Positions 19,927 to 29,007 of a stretch of DNA of 64,000 bases are shown here, piece after piece (positions within the stretch are counted from its first letter, which is position 1; each line of letters begins with the position of its first letter). The notes under the pieces were generated by a model. It was given only the letters and a program-made list of their open reading frames with translations, was not told the DNA's origin and ran no database searches. This DNA is from Opitutales bacterium. Its GTDB lineage: Bacteria; Verrucomicrobiota; Verrucomicrobiia; Opitutales; UBA953. The translations under genes were made by a program, and so were the position numbers. The stretch spans positions 18,142 to 82,141 of the forward strand of contig JBMSKH010000003.1 of NCBI GenBank assembly GCA_049419705.1, given 5' to 3'.

Positions 19927-20838
19927 CTAGCGCCCGAAATCGAGGGAATAGCTGCCGGCCTCGGATGAAATCCGGTAGGCGATTCTCAGGCGCCCGTCGG
20001 GCAACCAGCCGAAGTCCGTGAGCACCCCATGGAAACATCCTGATTCACGCGAGAGACGGAAGACCCACTGTGGTGAGCCAATCCGCCCCGGACCAGGCAG
20101 GTCACCCGACAACGGACCGCGCGAGCAGCGGTAAGCGAGCAGTGGCGTATACCCGCTCTCCGGTGCGCGACGCGGGGCGACTAGGTCGGGAAGAAGCATC
20201 TCGGTGCAAGCAGGCGAGACGGATGCGGCAAAGCCCGCCTGTCCAGGCCGCGGCACGGCGACAATCCCGTCACCTGGGACCGTGAAGCGCATGACGACCT
20301 CATCGGTGTAGGGCGCGGTCGACGCGCGAGGCAGACTGGCGGAGGGACAACGTCCGCGCAGTAAGACATCGGCATGCCTTCCGACGCCCAGCGGCGGCAG
20401 GAAGGCGCCGAGAAGCAGATCGAATCCGTGCTCGGCGCCATCGTCGGGCAACGCGCGCGTGAGCAACTCGAGGCGGACCGACTCAGCCGCGCCGAGGCGA
20501 GCGGGCAGCACCACGCGCGCGACAGGCACGCCGATGGGTGTGCGGCGGGCAGCGACGTGAAAGCCCGGCGCCACCGCGGACACGATGAGTTCCGGGAGGG
20601 CGTGGTCACCAGCGAGATGCGCACGGCCCCGGCTATCCGCGGTCGCGCGGCTCACCACCCTGCGCGCTGGCGCGTTCCAAGGGTCCAAGGCGAGCCGCGG
20701 CACGGTCTCGCAACTGACCGCCGCGCCGACCACGGGAGCGCCGGACTCATCCAGCACCTCAACCTCAATCACGAAGGGAGCGGCGGCGCAACGCACCCCC
20801 AGGCAAAGGGCGATGACTTGACGGAAAGTACGGCTCAT
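19927..20838 (-). CDS. hypothetical secreted protein, N-terminal carboxypeptidase-regulatory-like (Ig-like) segment
   Basis: Signal-like N-terminus 'VIALCLGVRCAAAP', then 'FVIEVEVLDESGAPVVGAAVS'. ATGA overlap with the upstream 1060-aa gene. Confidence 0.6.
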   Translation of the reverse strand: MSRTFRQVIALCLGVRCAAAPFVIEVEVLDESGAPVVGAAVSCETVPRLALDPWNAPARRVVSRATADSRGRAHLAGDHALPELIVSAVAPGFHVAARRTPIGVPVARVVLPARLGAAESVRLELLTRALPDDGAEHGFDLLLGAFLPPLGVGRHADVLLRGRCPSASLPRASTAPYTDEVVMRFTVPGDGIVAVPRPGQAGFAASVSPACTEMLLPDLVAPRRAPESGYTPLLAYRCSRGPLSGDLPGPGRIGSPQWVFRLSRESGCFHGVLTDFGWLPDGRLRIAYRISSEAGSYSLDFGR

Positions 20839-23800
20839 GGGTTTGTCCGGGAGAGCCCGGCCGAGAGGCAGATGTGCGCGAAGACGGGATAAACATAAGG
20901 GTAGGCCACGTTCTTCCAGTCACTGTGTCGCCAGACGTAGGCAGATGCGGTTAAGTGTGGCGCAAGCTCCACCCCGCGCGGCCAGCCCAGAGGGAAGGGT
21001 CTGAGCTCGCCACACGGCGGATCGATGGCCTCCGCTCCGTCCATCCGGAAATTCTCGGCACCGGCGACCGGGACCGAACCAGCTGGATTGCTCAGAGCCG
21101 GTATAGCATGCGCCAGCAACTCATCCCGCACCGTCCACGTCAACGACCGTGGCACCGTCGACTTGGCGCCCCAGCCAGCGGTGGCGGAGAGTCGACGCGC
21201 CACGGCGCAGGAACCAGGCGACCTAGGCCCCACGGCCGCGGAGGTGAGCACCGCATCCAACCGGAAGCTGGAAAAAAGCGGATCCGTCCTCAGCAGCGTG
21301 ATGCGCCTGGGGCCAGTGCCTGCGAGCAACAGTCGCTGCGCGCGGAGCCGAGAGGCGGAGGCGAGAGCCCATCCGCCCTGGGCATGCGCGGGATTGACGG
21401 CCTCGAGCATCCAGCGCCCCTTGTGCGTCTCCTGATAAATCCAGGCACCATGGTCGGCGGCGGCGATGAGCCCGGGCCAACGTGCCGCATCGGCAGGCGC
21501 GGGCATCAGCACGTCCTCGGTGCGTGAGTAGAGATTGAGCACGGGCGCATCGCCGACAAGCCGACCACGCCAGGTGCAGCCGGCCCGAAGGTCGGAATCC
21601 GGGTAAAGGCCGGCCCACGCCGACGCCCTCGACTCGGGCCAACTCCAGGGCGCTGTCGCACGCCAAGGACCGGAGTGCGGCAACATCAGGGCTGCCGCGG
21701 TCGCAGCTTCGCCGCCGGCGTAGTCGACACATCGATCCTGCGCGCGGGCATCGAGCGCCTCGGCTGGTAGGGCGGCGTTGAGAAGGACAAGCTGCCGTAT
21801 ATCCGCCGAACCAACCAAGCGTTCCCGTCCAGCCAAGACGGTCACATAGGTGCCGAGAGAGTGCCCAACCAGCACCCATGGTTGACCGGGCTGCATTCGC
21901 TCGAGCGAGCGCACCTGCTCGGCAAGGCGATCCGCAGCGGCCGGTGCACACTCCACCGCCATGCCGTAATTGGCCGAACCTTGGTCACCAAACCACCGAA
22001 AGGCGACGAAACGTCCACGCGAACCGGCTTGGTGGAGTCGCTTGAAAATCTCCGCACCCCAGGCGCGACCAGCACGGGCGTCGACATTGAAGCCGTGGGT
22101 GAAGACAACCCACGGTCCGGGAGAGAGGCTGTCAGGGAACGCGGGTGGCTCGATGGAAGAGGAGAGCCCGGGATGGCGCGCGTCCCACTGACGGTAGAAG
22201 CTCTCGACTGGGGCGACCATGATTCGGAGAGGAGCCCGCAGGAGAATATCGTCATCCCCCGGCATCCGGTCGGCAGGCACACCCTCGCGCACCAGACAAA
22301 CCCAGAGCGTCGCAGCGCCTGCTGTGCGTCCCTCGAGCAGGAGGGTCGCCTCACCCTCGCCGAGGAGGCGCGGACCGACGAGCGAGTGGGAGAAAGCCGC
22401 TGATAACACAATGCCGCCCGAACCCGCTGGTGACTTAACCGCAGAACCGATATCCTGGTTAAGTCCATGACCATGGACTGCACCAAAGTCCCGCTGCAGG
22501 TACTGCGCTGCGCGGGCCACGGGTAGACTGGTCTCAAGGGCGCTCACAAGCGATGGGCCGCTAATCAGTCGGATCTGGAACGGTGGAAGATCCGATGCGG
22601 CCGCACCCAGGCGCAGGCAGACAGGAAACCAATCGATGAGGTCGCAGCGCCCACCAAGCGCAAGGCGCTGGAAGTTGGGCGGCGATGCAAGAATGGCACC
22701 TGGCAAGTCGGAGTCGGGGTCGTCGGTCAACTCACCGTCGTCATGGTCATCGTTGAGCCAAAGCCGAAGCGGACGCGCCGCGGGCGTCCCGCCCGTGTCG
22801 TCCATCGGGAAACGCCCGCGCAGGCCGGAGTTGTCGACAGCGCGGTCATGGTCGCAACGCACGCGCAAGGGCACGAGGAGCACGATGCGTGATTCGCAGT
22901 CGGACGGAGCCATCCCCTCCTTGAGGGGTATGCCATTGGCATCCCGACGAAGTCGGTCGGCACGGATACGGGAGCCGACCGCGAGGATGGCGCCGTGGTC
23001 ATCGGTCGCGACCGCGGCGAAATCGAGCCACGGCTCCTCGTTGTCGACGAGATCGGCGAGCCGGTCGCAGGGGCCAGGTGCACCGAGCGACCAAAGGCGG
23101 CTCGAGTGGCCGAGCTCTACCGCGACCGGCTCGCCAGCGTCGTTGCAGGTCAGCGCAAGGCGCACGGCGTCGCCATCGAGCGGAGTGGGCTCAGCCTGAA
23201 GCGATGCATGCCAATGGAGCCGGGTGCGGAAGCGACTGAGTAACGCTCCGTCGTCCGAGAAGGCGAGCGGCTCGAGGTCGGGTCCGAGTTCGGCGACGCG
23301 CCCTGCGCCCTCGAGTCGCCAAATGGGCACGGCGCTATCCGGCACCACCGGCCGCACCCAACGTCCACCGGACCCATCCGCCACGACCTCTCCGTTGGCG
23401 AGCCGTCGAGAGGGGCGCGGGGCTCCGCCAAGCGACACCACCAACACGTCGCACGGGATCGGAGCTGGCTCCAACGTGATGGGCACGGCGCGTACCAGGA
23501 AGTCGTCGCCGCGGAGCCAGCGCAGGGGCTGGAACTCCCAAGGGCAGTCGGCGGGGTCGCTCGGCACAAGGTAACTGTAGCGCGTGCCTTCGACTGGGCC
23601 GCCCTGCCCCGCGGCATCCCACGACCAGACCTCGCCGACCGGCATGCCATCGACAACCTGCTCGACGCGGCCGAGCACGGCACCGTCGGCGCGAATGAGA
23701 TCAAAGCGAGCCGCGGAGTCAGGCGGAGGGACCAGCGCCTCCCACCCATCGGACCATGACCAGCGACGCCCCTTGTCCGTCAGCACGCGATGTCGGGTGG

Positions 23801-24017
23801 CGGAGATGGCAACAGGCATACCATGCGCCGACACGGGGCCGAGATCCACCGGCGCGTAACGCGGCGCGGGCGGATGCGAGGCGGCGGACTTTATGTCAAA
23901 ACCCTTGGCACGTTCCTCGGCCTCGGGCCAACCGTCTCCATCCGTGTCGAGCGGGGCGGCATGGATCATCAACGGCAGGAAGAAGCAGAGCGGGCGCATG
24001 CGGGCACGATGCGCCAT
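20835..24017 (-). CDS. large secreted multidomain protein with a C-terminal-half alpha/beta-hydrolase (GxSxG) domain
   Basis: Signal peptide 'MRPLCFFLPLMIHAAP' (an alternative start is M7 at 23999). Ca-binding-like 'DTDGDGWPEAEE'. Asp-rich 'LNDDHDDGELTDDPDSD' (nt 22707-22757). 'WVVFTHGFNVDA..FVAFRWFGD..WVLVGHSLGTYV' has the nucleophile elbow GHSLG at nt 21852-21866, a DUF900/lipase-like layout. Confidence 0.7.
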   Translation of the reverse strand: MAHRARMRPLCFFLPLMIHAAPLDTDGDGWPEAEERAKGFDIKSAASHPPAPRYAPVDLGPVSAHGMPVAISATRHRVLTDKGRRWSWSDGWEALVPPPDSAARFDLIRADGAVLGRVEQVVDGMPVGEVWSWDAAGQGGPVEGTRYSYLVPSDPADCPWEFQPLRWLRGDDFLVRAVPITLEPAPIPCDVLVVSLGGAPRPSRRLANGEVVADGSGGRWVRPVVPDSAVPIWRLEGAGRVAELGPDLEPLAFSDDGALLSRFRTRLHWHASLQAEPTPLDGDAVRLALTCNDAGEPVAVELGHSSRLWSLGAPGPCDRLADLVDNEEPWLDFAAVATDDHGAILAVGSRIRADRLRRDANGIPLKEGMAPSDCESRIVLLVPLRVRCDHDRAVDNSGLRGRFPMDDTGGTPAARPLRLWLNDDHDDGELTDDPDSDLPGAILASPPNFQRLALGGRCDLIDWFPVCLRLGAAASDLPPFQIRLISGPSLVSALETSLPVARAAQYLQRDFGAVHGHGLNQDIGSAVKSPAGSGGIVLSAAFSHSLVGPRLLGEGEATLLLEGRTAGAATLWVCLVREGVPADRMPGDDDILLRAPLRIMVAPVESFYRQWDARHPGLSSSIEPPAFPDSLSPGPWVVFTHGFNVDARAGRAWGAEIFKRLHQAGSRGRFVAFRWFGDQGSANYGMAVECAPAAADRLAEQVRSLERMQPGQPWVLVGHSLGTYVTVLAGRERLVGSADIRQLVLLNAALPAEALDARAQDRCVDYAGGEAATAAALMLPHSGPWRATAPWSWPESRASAWAGLYPDSDLRAGCTWRGRLVGDAPVLNLYSRTEDVLMPAPADAARWPGLIAAADHGAWIYQETHKGRWMLEAVNPAHAQGGWALASASRLRAQRLLLAGTGPRRITLLRTDPLFSSFRLDAVLTSAAVGPRSPGSCAVARRLSATAGWGAKSTVPRSLTWTVRDELLAHAIPALSNPAGSVPVAGAENFRMDGAEAIDPPCGELRPFPLGWPRGVELAPHLTASAYVWRHSDWKNVAYPYVYPVFAHICLSAGLSRTNP

Positions 24018-24073
24018 CCACCAGACTGGCGAAGCGCAGGGATGCCTTAGGGAGAGAGACCCTGGCGAGAGGC

Positions 24074-24098
24074 AGGGACTAACGACTAAGGACTAAAG
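24074..24098 (-). repeat. three tandem heptamers (minus-sense TTTAGTC CTTAGTC GTTAGTC) upstream of the 1060-aa gene
   Basis: Read directly. Together with 24166-24190 (plus-sense CCTTAGC CTTTAGG CCTTAGT) it forms an imperfect inverted pair, about 17/22 matches by hand, flanking the terminator hairpin. Confidence 0.55.
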
Positions 24099-24124
24099 CC
24101 GCTGCAGAACAGGCCTCGGCCAGC

Positions 24125-24147
24125 AAAAAGCCCCGCTGTCGCGGGGC
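24125..24147 (-). terminator. rho-independent terminator of the PEP-CTERM gene
   Basis: Minus strand: GCCCCGC-GACA-GCGGGGC followed by TTTTT. Confidence 0.75.
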
Positions 24148-24174
24148 CTTGTGACGGACTTAAATCCTTAGCCT

Positions 24175-24877
24175 TTAGGCCTTAGTCTTGTTGCGGCGCC
24201 GTAGGGCGACCGCAACCAGCGCCAGCCCGCCGAGAGCGAGGCCGTAGGTGGAGGGTTCGGGGACGGCGGGGGCGGAGCCGATGGTAAGAATCGAGGTGAA
24301 GTTGCCGGCCGTGGCCGACCACTCGCCTTGGTTGAAGGTGCTGAAAGCCTGGGAGATGGTGAACGAGCCGGTGGTCACGCCGCTCAACGAGATGAGATTA
24401 CCGACGGAGGCAGGCAGGTAGTTGGCCTGGTCGTTGCCGTTGGCCACACGCATAAAAAACTGGGTCTGCATAATATTGGAACCCAAGTTCACACTCATGA
24501 TGCCGAAATCAACGAGGTTGACCGACCCAGAGTTGCTCAGGTTGTTGAACACAAGCCCCCGAGATGGCGCCGGTGAATAGAGCCTCAAAATGCGTGGAAG
24601 ACCCACCGGGGTTCGAGCCATTCGCAGGCATGGGCGCATACAACGTGCCGAATCCAGGATTGGAGGTCACCGACTCATAGACTCCGCTCAAGGCCGAGAG
24701 ATTCGCAGGGTCCTGAACCACCACTCCGGTCAGCCAGCTGCCCGTGAAGCTATAGTTAACGAGCGTGCTCGCACCGCCGTTGGCGGAGGTGAGGGTGAAG
24801 TGGGTGACGGCGTTCTGCGAAGCCGAGGCCTGGGCGGCGATCAGCGCGGTCGCGGCAAGGAGAAGGGAGCGGTTCAT
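24175..24877 (-). pseudogene. PEP-CTERM-anchored secreted protein gene interrupted by a frameshift in a G5 tract
   Basis: ORF 24509-24877 supplies the signal peptide 'MNRSLLLAATALIAAQASA'. ORF 24175-24639, in another frame, supplies 'VPEPSTYGLALGGLALVAVALRRRNK' (PEP-CTERM). The two frames join if one G is removed from GGGGG (plus-strand C5 at 24556-24560), giving '..FTGAISG|LVFNNLSN..'. Confidence 0.7.
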
Positions 24878-24998
24878 GATGACTGGGGTTAAGGACAGTC
24901 AGAAGCAACCGGCAGGGGGACTGCAACGGTTCATTGGACAGCCAGACGATATCTGTGACGAAACCGCACAAAACTGTGGCGAAACGAAGCGGCCGGGC

Positions 24999-26453
24999 TC
25001 AACCAGCCTGTGGGTCGCGCAGGTAGGTGTCGGCCTTGGCCGAGACAATCACGCCGTAGTTGATGGTGCCAAGCCATCCCGACATGATGATGCCGACCGA
25101 GCCGGCATGGTAGAGCCCGCCGACCTGCGTCGGGAGATCCATCGAGACCTTGAGACCCTCGAACTTCGTGCCGAAGGAGGTGCCACCGGTGTGACGCACG
25201 TAGCGATTGACGGTTCGGGGCGTGGCGACCTCGACGTGGTCGACCTTGGCGCGGATGTCGGGGATGTACTTCTCGAGGCCAGCAATCGACTCCTCGGCCA
25301 CGCGCGCCTTGTGCGTCGCGTAGTCGGCGTCGGAGAGCCCGACCCAGGGCTCCCAGAGCTGGTTGATGGAGGTGACGACCGCGTAGTGCGGCACCTTGGT
25401 CTGCGGTCGGGTGTCGGCGTAGTAGACCGAGTAGGTGCGCGAGGAGGTGTGGAAGTCGGTCAGCTCGGTCGAGCTGAACGGCTTGGCCTCGGAGGTGAAG
25501 ACGAGGTCGCCGATGTGCGGGATGCTCTCGCCCTCGCGGACGCCCATGTAGACCTGGCAGGAGGAGCTGTTGACGCGCACCGCCTTGGCGTCGGCGATGA
25601 ACTTGGGGTCGAAGGCCTCCTCGCCGACGATACGCAGGGCGGTGTCCTTGACGTTGGCGTTGGAGATGACGGTCGCGCAGGCGACCTCAGCCTCGGCGCC
25701 GAAGCGTGTGTCCCGCAGCTTGACGCCGACGACGCGACGACGACCGCCTGCGTCTCGCTCAGTGACAATCTTCTCGACGAGCACATTACGGCGAATCTCG
25801 ACACCGTTCTTCTTCAGCTCCGCCGTCATCAACTGGATGAGCAGGTCGGTGCCGCCTTGGAAGATGAAGACGCCCTTCGACATGAAATTGGAGAAGACGA
25901 TGCCGAAGGTGATCGCGGGGTCGTCGAGCGTGGAGCCGTTGGCGTAGGCGATGGGCTCGAGGAGCAGGCGCTGGATGTCGGGCCGGCCGGGGAAGAACTG
26001 GTCGAAGAGCTGGCGCGTGGTGCGCGGGTCGTTGTCGTAGTAGTTCATCGCCCGGAGATGGGCGAAGAAGTCCTCGACCGTGGCGGCGGGCACCTTGAAC
26101 TGCTCGATGAGGATGCGGGTGAAGTCGGCGCGGTCGAAGGTGGTGCGGACGTCGAAGTCGGGGTTGATGAAGCGAACGTCCTTGAGCTGGTGGATGCGGT
26201 CGGAGATCTCCGGGGTCCAGTAGCGGCGTGTCGACTTGATCATGCCATGCGGGAAACCATGCAGGGAGATGTCGAAGGTGTGCCCGCCCTTCCGCTTGAA
26301 GAAGGTGGCCAGGCCGCCGAGCTGGTAGTGGTGCTCGCAGAGCAGGACCTTCCAGCCGAACTTCGCCAGATTGTTGGCCGCAGTCATGCCGCCGAGTCCG
26401 GAGCCGATGACCACGGCGTCGTAGCGGGGCTTGAGGTCGTCGAACGGTGACAT
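24999..26453 (-). CDS. FAD/NAD(P)-dependent oxidoreductase, phytoene-desaturase (CrtI)-like family
   Basis: '[37 protein letters not shown]' dinucleotide-binding motif. Start re-set to 'MSPFDDLKP' (26453). Confidence 0.75.
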   Translation of the reverse strand: MSPFDDLKPRYDAVVIGSGLGGMTAANNLAKFGWKVLLCEHHYQLGGLATFFKRKGGHTFDISLHGFPHGMIKSTRRYWTPEISDRIHQLKDVRFINPDFDVRTTFDRADFTRILIEQFKVPAATVEDFFAHLRAMNYYDNDPRTTRQLFDQFFPGRPDIQRLLLEPIAYANGSTLDDPAITFGIVFSNFMSKGVFIFQGGTDLLIQLMTAELKKNGVEIRRNVLVEKIVTERDAGGRRRVVGVKLRDTRFGAEAEVACATVISNANVKDTALRIVGEEAFDPKFIADAKAVRVNSSSCQVYMGVREGESIPHIGDLVFTSEAKPFSSTELTDFHTSSRTYSVYYADTRPQTKVPHYAVVTSINQLWEPWVGLSDADYATHKARVAEESIAGLEKYIPDIRAKVDHVEVATPRTVNRYVRHTGGTSFGTKFEGLKVSMDLPTQVGGLYHAGSVGIIMSGWLGTINYGVIVSAKADTYLRDPQAG

Positions 26454-26541
26454 GGGAGAGGGCGCAACTAAGGCGACCCGCACGCAGGGTGCGAGAAAAT
26501 CAATCGCGGAACCCGCCGGGGCCGAGGGCTGTCAGCCCGAC

Positions 26542-27321
26542 ATGCCACGCACCCTGCTCGCCTGCGCCCTGTCCGTGCTCGCCAGTGTCACTCTGGCGGC
26601 CGAACCCAGGACCGAGCGCTGGCAGGTGGATGGACGACCCGCCCTGCTGCGCGTGCCGGCGCAACCCGCACCCGGCAACCCCTGGCTTTGGGTCGGGGAG
26701 TTTCAGGGACATCTGGGCAGCTTCGAGAACGCACTCATCGCGCGCGGCTGGCACATCGCGTACGTGAATTGCCCCAACCAATTCGGCTCAGCCAAGGCCA
26801 TGCGCACTTGGGAGACGTTTTACGCCGAACTCATCAAGCGCGGCCTCGCGCGCAAACCGGCGCTGTGCGGTATCTCGCGCGGCGGACTCTACGCGCTGGC
26901 CTGGGCACGCCTGCATCCTGACCGACTCTCGGCGCTTTACCTCGACAACGGTGTCTGCGATGGACGTTCCTGGCCGGGAGGCAAGCTGTTGGGCCTGGGA
27001 CAGGGCAAGGGATCGGCTGGCGACTGGAAACTACAGCGCGCAGAGTTTGGCTTCGCCGACGACGACGCGGCCATTGCGGGCCTGCCCAAGCCGACCGATG
27101 GACTCGAGCGGGCGCGCGACGCGGGCGTCACGCTGATCTCGGTGCACGGCACCGCCGACACCGTCGTGCCTTATGCCGAGAACGCCGCCAAGGTCGCCGC
27201 CTACTGGCAGGCCGGCGGCAAGCAGCCCGTCCTCTTTTCGAAGGAAGGCGGAGACCATCATCCGCACGGCCTCAAGGACATGACGCCGGTGATCGAGGCG
27301 CTCGAGAAGGCGGCGCGCTGA
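26542..27321 (+). CDS. secreted alpha/beta-hydrolase (esterase/dienelactone-hydrolase-like)
   Basis: Signal peptide 'MPRTLLACALSVLASVTLAA'. Nucleophile elbow 'GISRGG'. C-terminal 'GGDHHPHG'. Start re-set from 26431. Confidence 0.65.
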   Translation: MPRTLLACALSVLASVTLAAEPRTERWQVDGRPALLRVPAQPAPGNPWLWVGEFQGHLGSFENALIARGWHIAYVNCPNQFGSAKAMRTWETFYAELIKRGLARKPALCGISRGGLYALAWARLHPDRLSALYLDNGVCDGRSWPGGKLLGLGQGKGSAGDWKLQRAEFGFADDDAAIAGLPKPTDGLERARDAGVTLISVHGTADTVVPYAENAAKVAAYWQAGGKQPVLFSKEGGDHHPHGLKDMTPVIEALEKAAR

Positions 27322-27341
27322 GACAACCCCGCCAAACAAAA

Positions 27342-27365
27342 GACCCCGCCGATGGCGGGGTCTTT
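27342..27365. terminator. bidirectional intrinsic terminator between the hydrolase gene (+) and rplS (-)
   Basis: AAAA-GACCCCGCC-gat-GGCGGGGTC-TTTG. A/T tracts on both sides. Confidence 0.65.
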
Positions 27366-27383
27366 GTCTCAAGCGGAAAACGC

Positions 27384-27788
27384 TCAGGCCTTGGCGGTGG
27401 CGGCCTTCTCGGCGGCGGCCTCGGCGTCGTAGCGCTTCTCCTTCACCTTGGTGGCGGACTTGCCCTCGCGATCGCGGAGGTAGTAGAGGCGGGCGCGCAT
27501 CACTTCGGAGACGCGGACAACCTCGATCTTCTCGATGTTGGGGGAGTGGATGGGGAAGATGCGCTCGACACCCTCGCCGAAGGAGATGCGGCGGACAGTG
27601 AAGGTCTCGTGCAGGCCGCCGTGCTTGCGGGCGAGGACGATGCCGCTGAAGACCTGGATGCGCTCCTTGTCGCCTTCCTTGACCTTGGTGTGGACGCGGA
27701 CCTCGTCGCCGACCTTGAAGGCGTCGCGGCCACGGCCGGGCTTCAGCTGGGACTGGGTGGCGAACTGGATGAGGGGATGGTTGCTCAT
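27384..27788 (-). CDS. rplS: 50S ribosomal protein L19
   Basis: '[60 protein letters not shown]'. Start re-set to 'MSNHPLI', which overlaps the trmD stop as ATGA. Confidence 0.92.
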   Translation of the reverse strand: MSNHPLIQFATQSQLKPGRGRDAFKVGDEVRVHTKVKEGDKERIQVFSGIVLARKHGGLHETFTVRRISFGEGVERIFPIHSPNIEKIEVVRVSEVMRARLYYLRDREGKSATKVKEKRYDAEAAAEKAATAKA

Positions 27789-28474
27789 GGCTGCTTGGGA
27801 TCGTTGGGCTTCAGCAGGTCGGGCCGGCGTTGCTTGGTGCGTTCGAGTTGCTGCTCCCTTCGCCACTTCTCGATTGCGGCATGGTTGCCACTGAGGAGGA
27901 CCGGGGGCACCTCGAGACCGTCATAAACAGCGGGTCGGGTGAACTGCGGAAAGGAAAGGAGGCAACCGTTGAAGGAGTCCCCCGTCAAGGAGTTTCCATC
28001 CCCGAGGACGCCCGGGACGTGTCGGGCTACGCAATCGACCAAAACACAGGCCGGAAGGGTGCCGTTGGTCAGCACATAGTCGCCGATTGAGACCTCCCGC
28101 GTGACCTTGCGCTGCCGGAAACGCTCATCCACCCCCTCGTAATGCCCGGAAACGAGAACCAAGTGGGGCTTGGCGGCCAGTTCCTGGGCCAGCTTCTGAT
28201 CGAGGACTTCTCCGTCAGGGCAGAGATAAATGACCTCACACCCCGGGGTGGCTACGGCGTCGACCGCGTCAAAGAGGGGTTGGCAGGACATCAACATGCC
28301 CGGGCCGCCCCCAAAGGGGGTGTCGTCGACCCTCTGGTGCTTATCCTTGGTCCACTTGCGGATATCGTGGGCGGCGAACTGGAGGACCCCCCTCTCAATG
28401 GCCTTGCCGACCACGGATTCCCGCAGGAAGCCGTCGGCCATGGCCGGAAAGAGGGTGAGAAGGTCGATGCGCAT
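27785..28474 (-). CDS. trmD: tRNA (guanine37-N1)-methyltransferase
   Basis: '[12 protein letters not shown]', '[13 protein letters not shown]', '[14 protein letters not shown]'. Start re-set from 28567. Confidence 0.92.
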   Translation of the reverse strand: MRIDLLTLFPAMADGFLRESVVGKAIERGVLQFAAHDIRKWTKDKHQRVDDTPFGGGPGMLMSCQPLFDAVDAVATPGCEVIYLCPDGEVLDQKLAQELAAKPHLVLVSGHYEGVDERFRQRKVTREVSIGDYVLTNGTLPACVLVDCVARHVPGVLGDGNSLTGDSFNGCLLSFPQFTRPAVYDGLEVPPVLLSGNHAAIEKWRREQQLERTKQRRPDLLKPNDPKQP

Positions 28475-28596
28475 GGGCGCGGACAAGGGTTTGAGCGTGG
28501 GAGGGGGCGGGACGATGCCAACCGTTTTCCTTACTTGACTACCCCACCCCTCCCCTGCCTTTCTCAACCCTCCAACCGTATCCAGGCCCCCGCAAC

Positions 28597-28857
28597 ATGC
28601 TCCGCATCCGTCTCCAGCGCTTCGGCACCAAGAATGAGCCGACCTTCCGCCTCGTCGTCGCCGAACAGCACATTCGCCGCGACGGTCGCTTCGTCGAGCT
28701 CCTCGGCAACTATAACCCCCGCCCCCGCGGCAAGGCCACCGAGCTGAACATCGACGTCGCCCTCGCTGACGCCTGGATCAAGAAGGGCGCCCAGCCCTCC
28801 GACACCGCCAAGGCGCTCCTCAAGCGCGCCCGCGCTGCCGCCAAGGTCACGGCCTGA
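28597..28857 (+). CDS. rpsP: 30S ribosomal protein S16
   Basis: 'MLRIRLQRFGTKNEPTFRLVVAEQHIRRDGRFVELLGNYNP'. Confidence 0.92.
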   Translation: MLRIRLQRFGTKNEPTFRLVVAEQHIRRDGRFVELLGNYNPRPRGKATELNIDVALADAWIKKGAQPSDTAKALLKRARAAAKVTA

Positions 28858-28879
28858 GCAAAAACTCGCTCCCGACAAA

Positions 28880-28905
28880 AGCCCCGCCACAAGCGGGGCT
28901 TTTTG
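28880..28905 (+). terminator. rho-independent terminator of rpsP
   Basis: AGCCCCGC-CACAA-GCGGGGCT followed by TTTTG. Confidence 0.8.
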
Positions 28906-28926
28906 TTGGAGCAGACTATGGCCGAG

Positions 28927-28948
28927 GTCAGTCCATAGTCGTTCGTCG
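28927..28948 (+). repeat. 7-nt-periodic NNNAGTC/CGTC array (TCAGTC CATAGTC GTTCGTC) upstream of tRNA-Tyr
   Basis: Read directly. It lies 60-81 nt upstream of the tRNA 5' end and resembles the arrays at 10554 and 24074. Confidence 0.4.
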
Positions 28949-29007
28949 CCTTCCTTTTCCCTTGCCCCCTCCCCCGCCCTTTTCCAAAACCCACCTTCCG
29001 TTCGTTC

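Noticed and set aside
20835-24017. The 1060-aa GxSxG hydrolase plus the downstream secreted protein as a T6SS Tle-type lipase effector/immunity pair
   Set aside because: There are no VgrG, Hcp, PAAR or other T6SS genes in the window. The hydrolase has a Sec-type signal peptide, and the block is co-directional with sugar-catabolic genes. I kept it only as a minor alternative in the finding.
24765-26450. 561-aa plus-strand ORF
   Set aside because: It is an antisense shadow of the CrtI-like FAD oxidoreductase. It has no motifs and a biased G/D/V/E/L composition.
28949-29005. ~57-nt polypyrimidine tract upstream of tRNA-Tyr as a possible structured RNA or triplex-forming element
   Set aside because: The same C/T-rich character occurs in most upstream regions here (see the leader finding). 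That makes it more likely a general compositional property of upstream regions than a discrete element.
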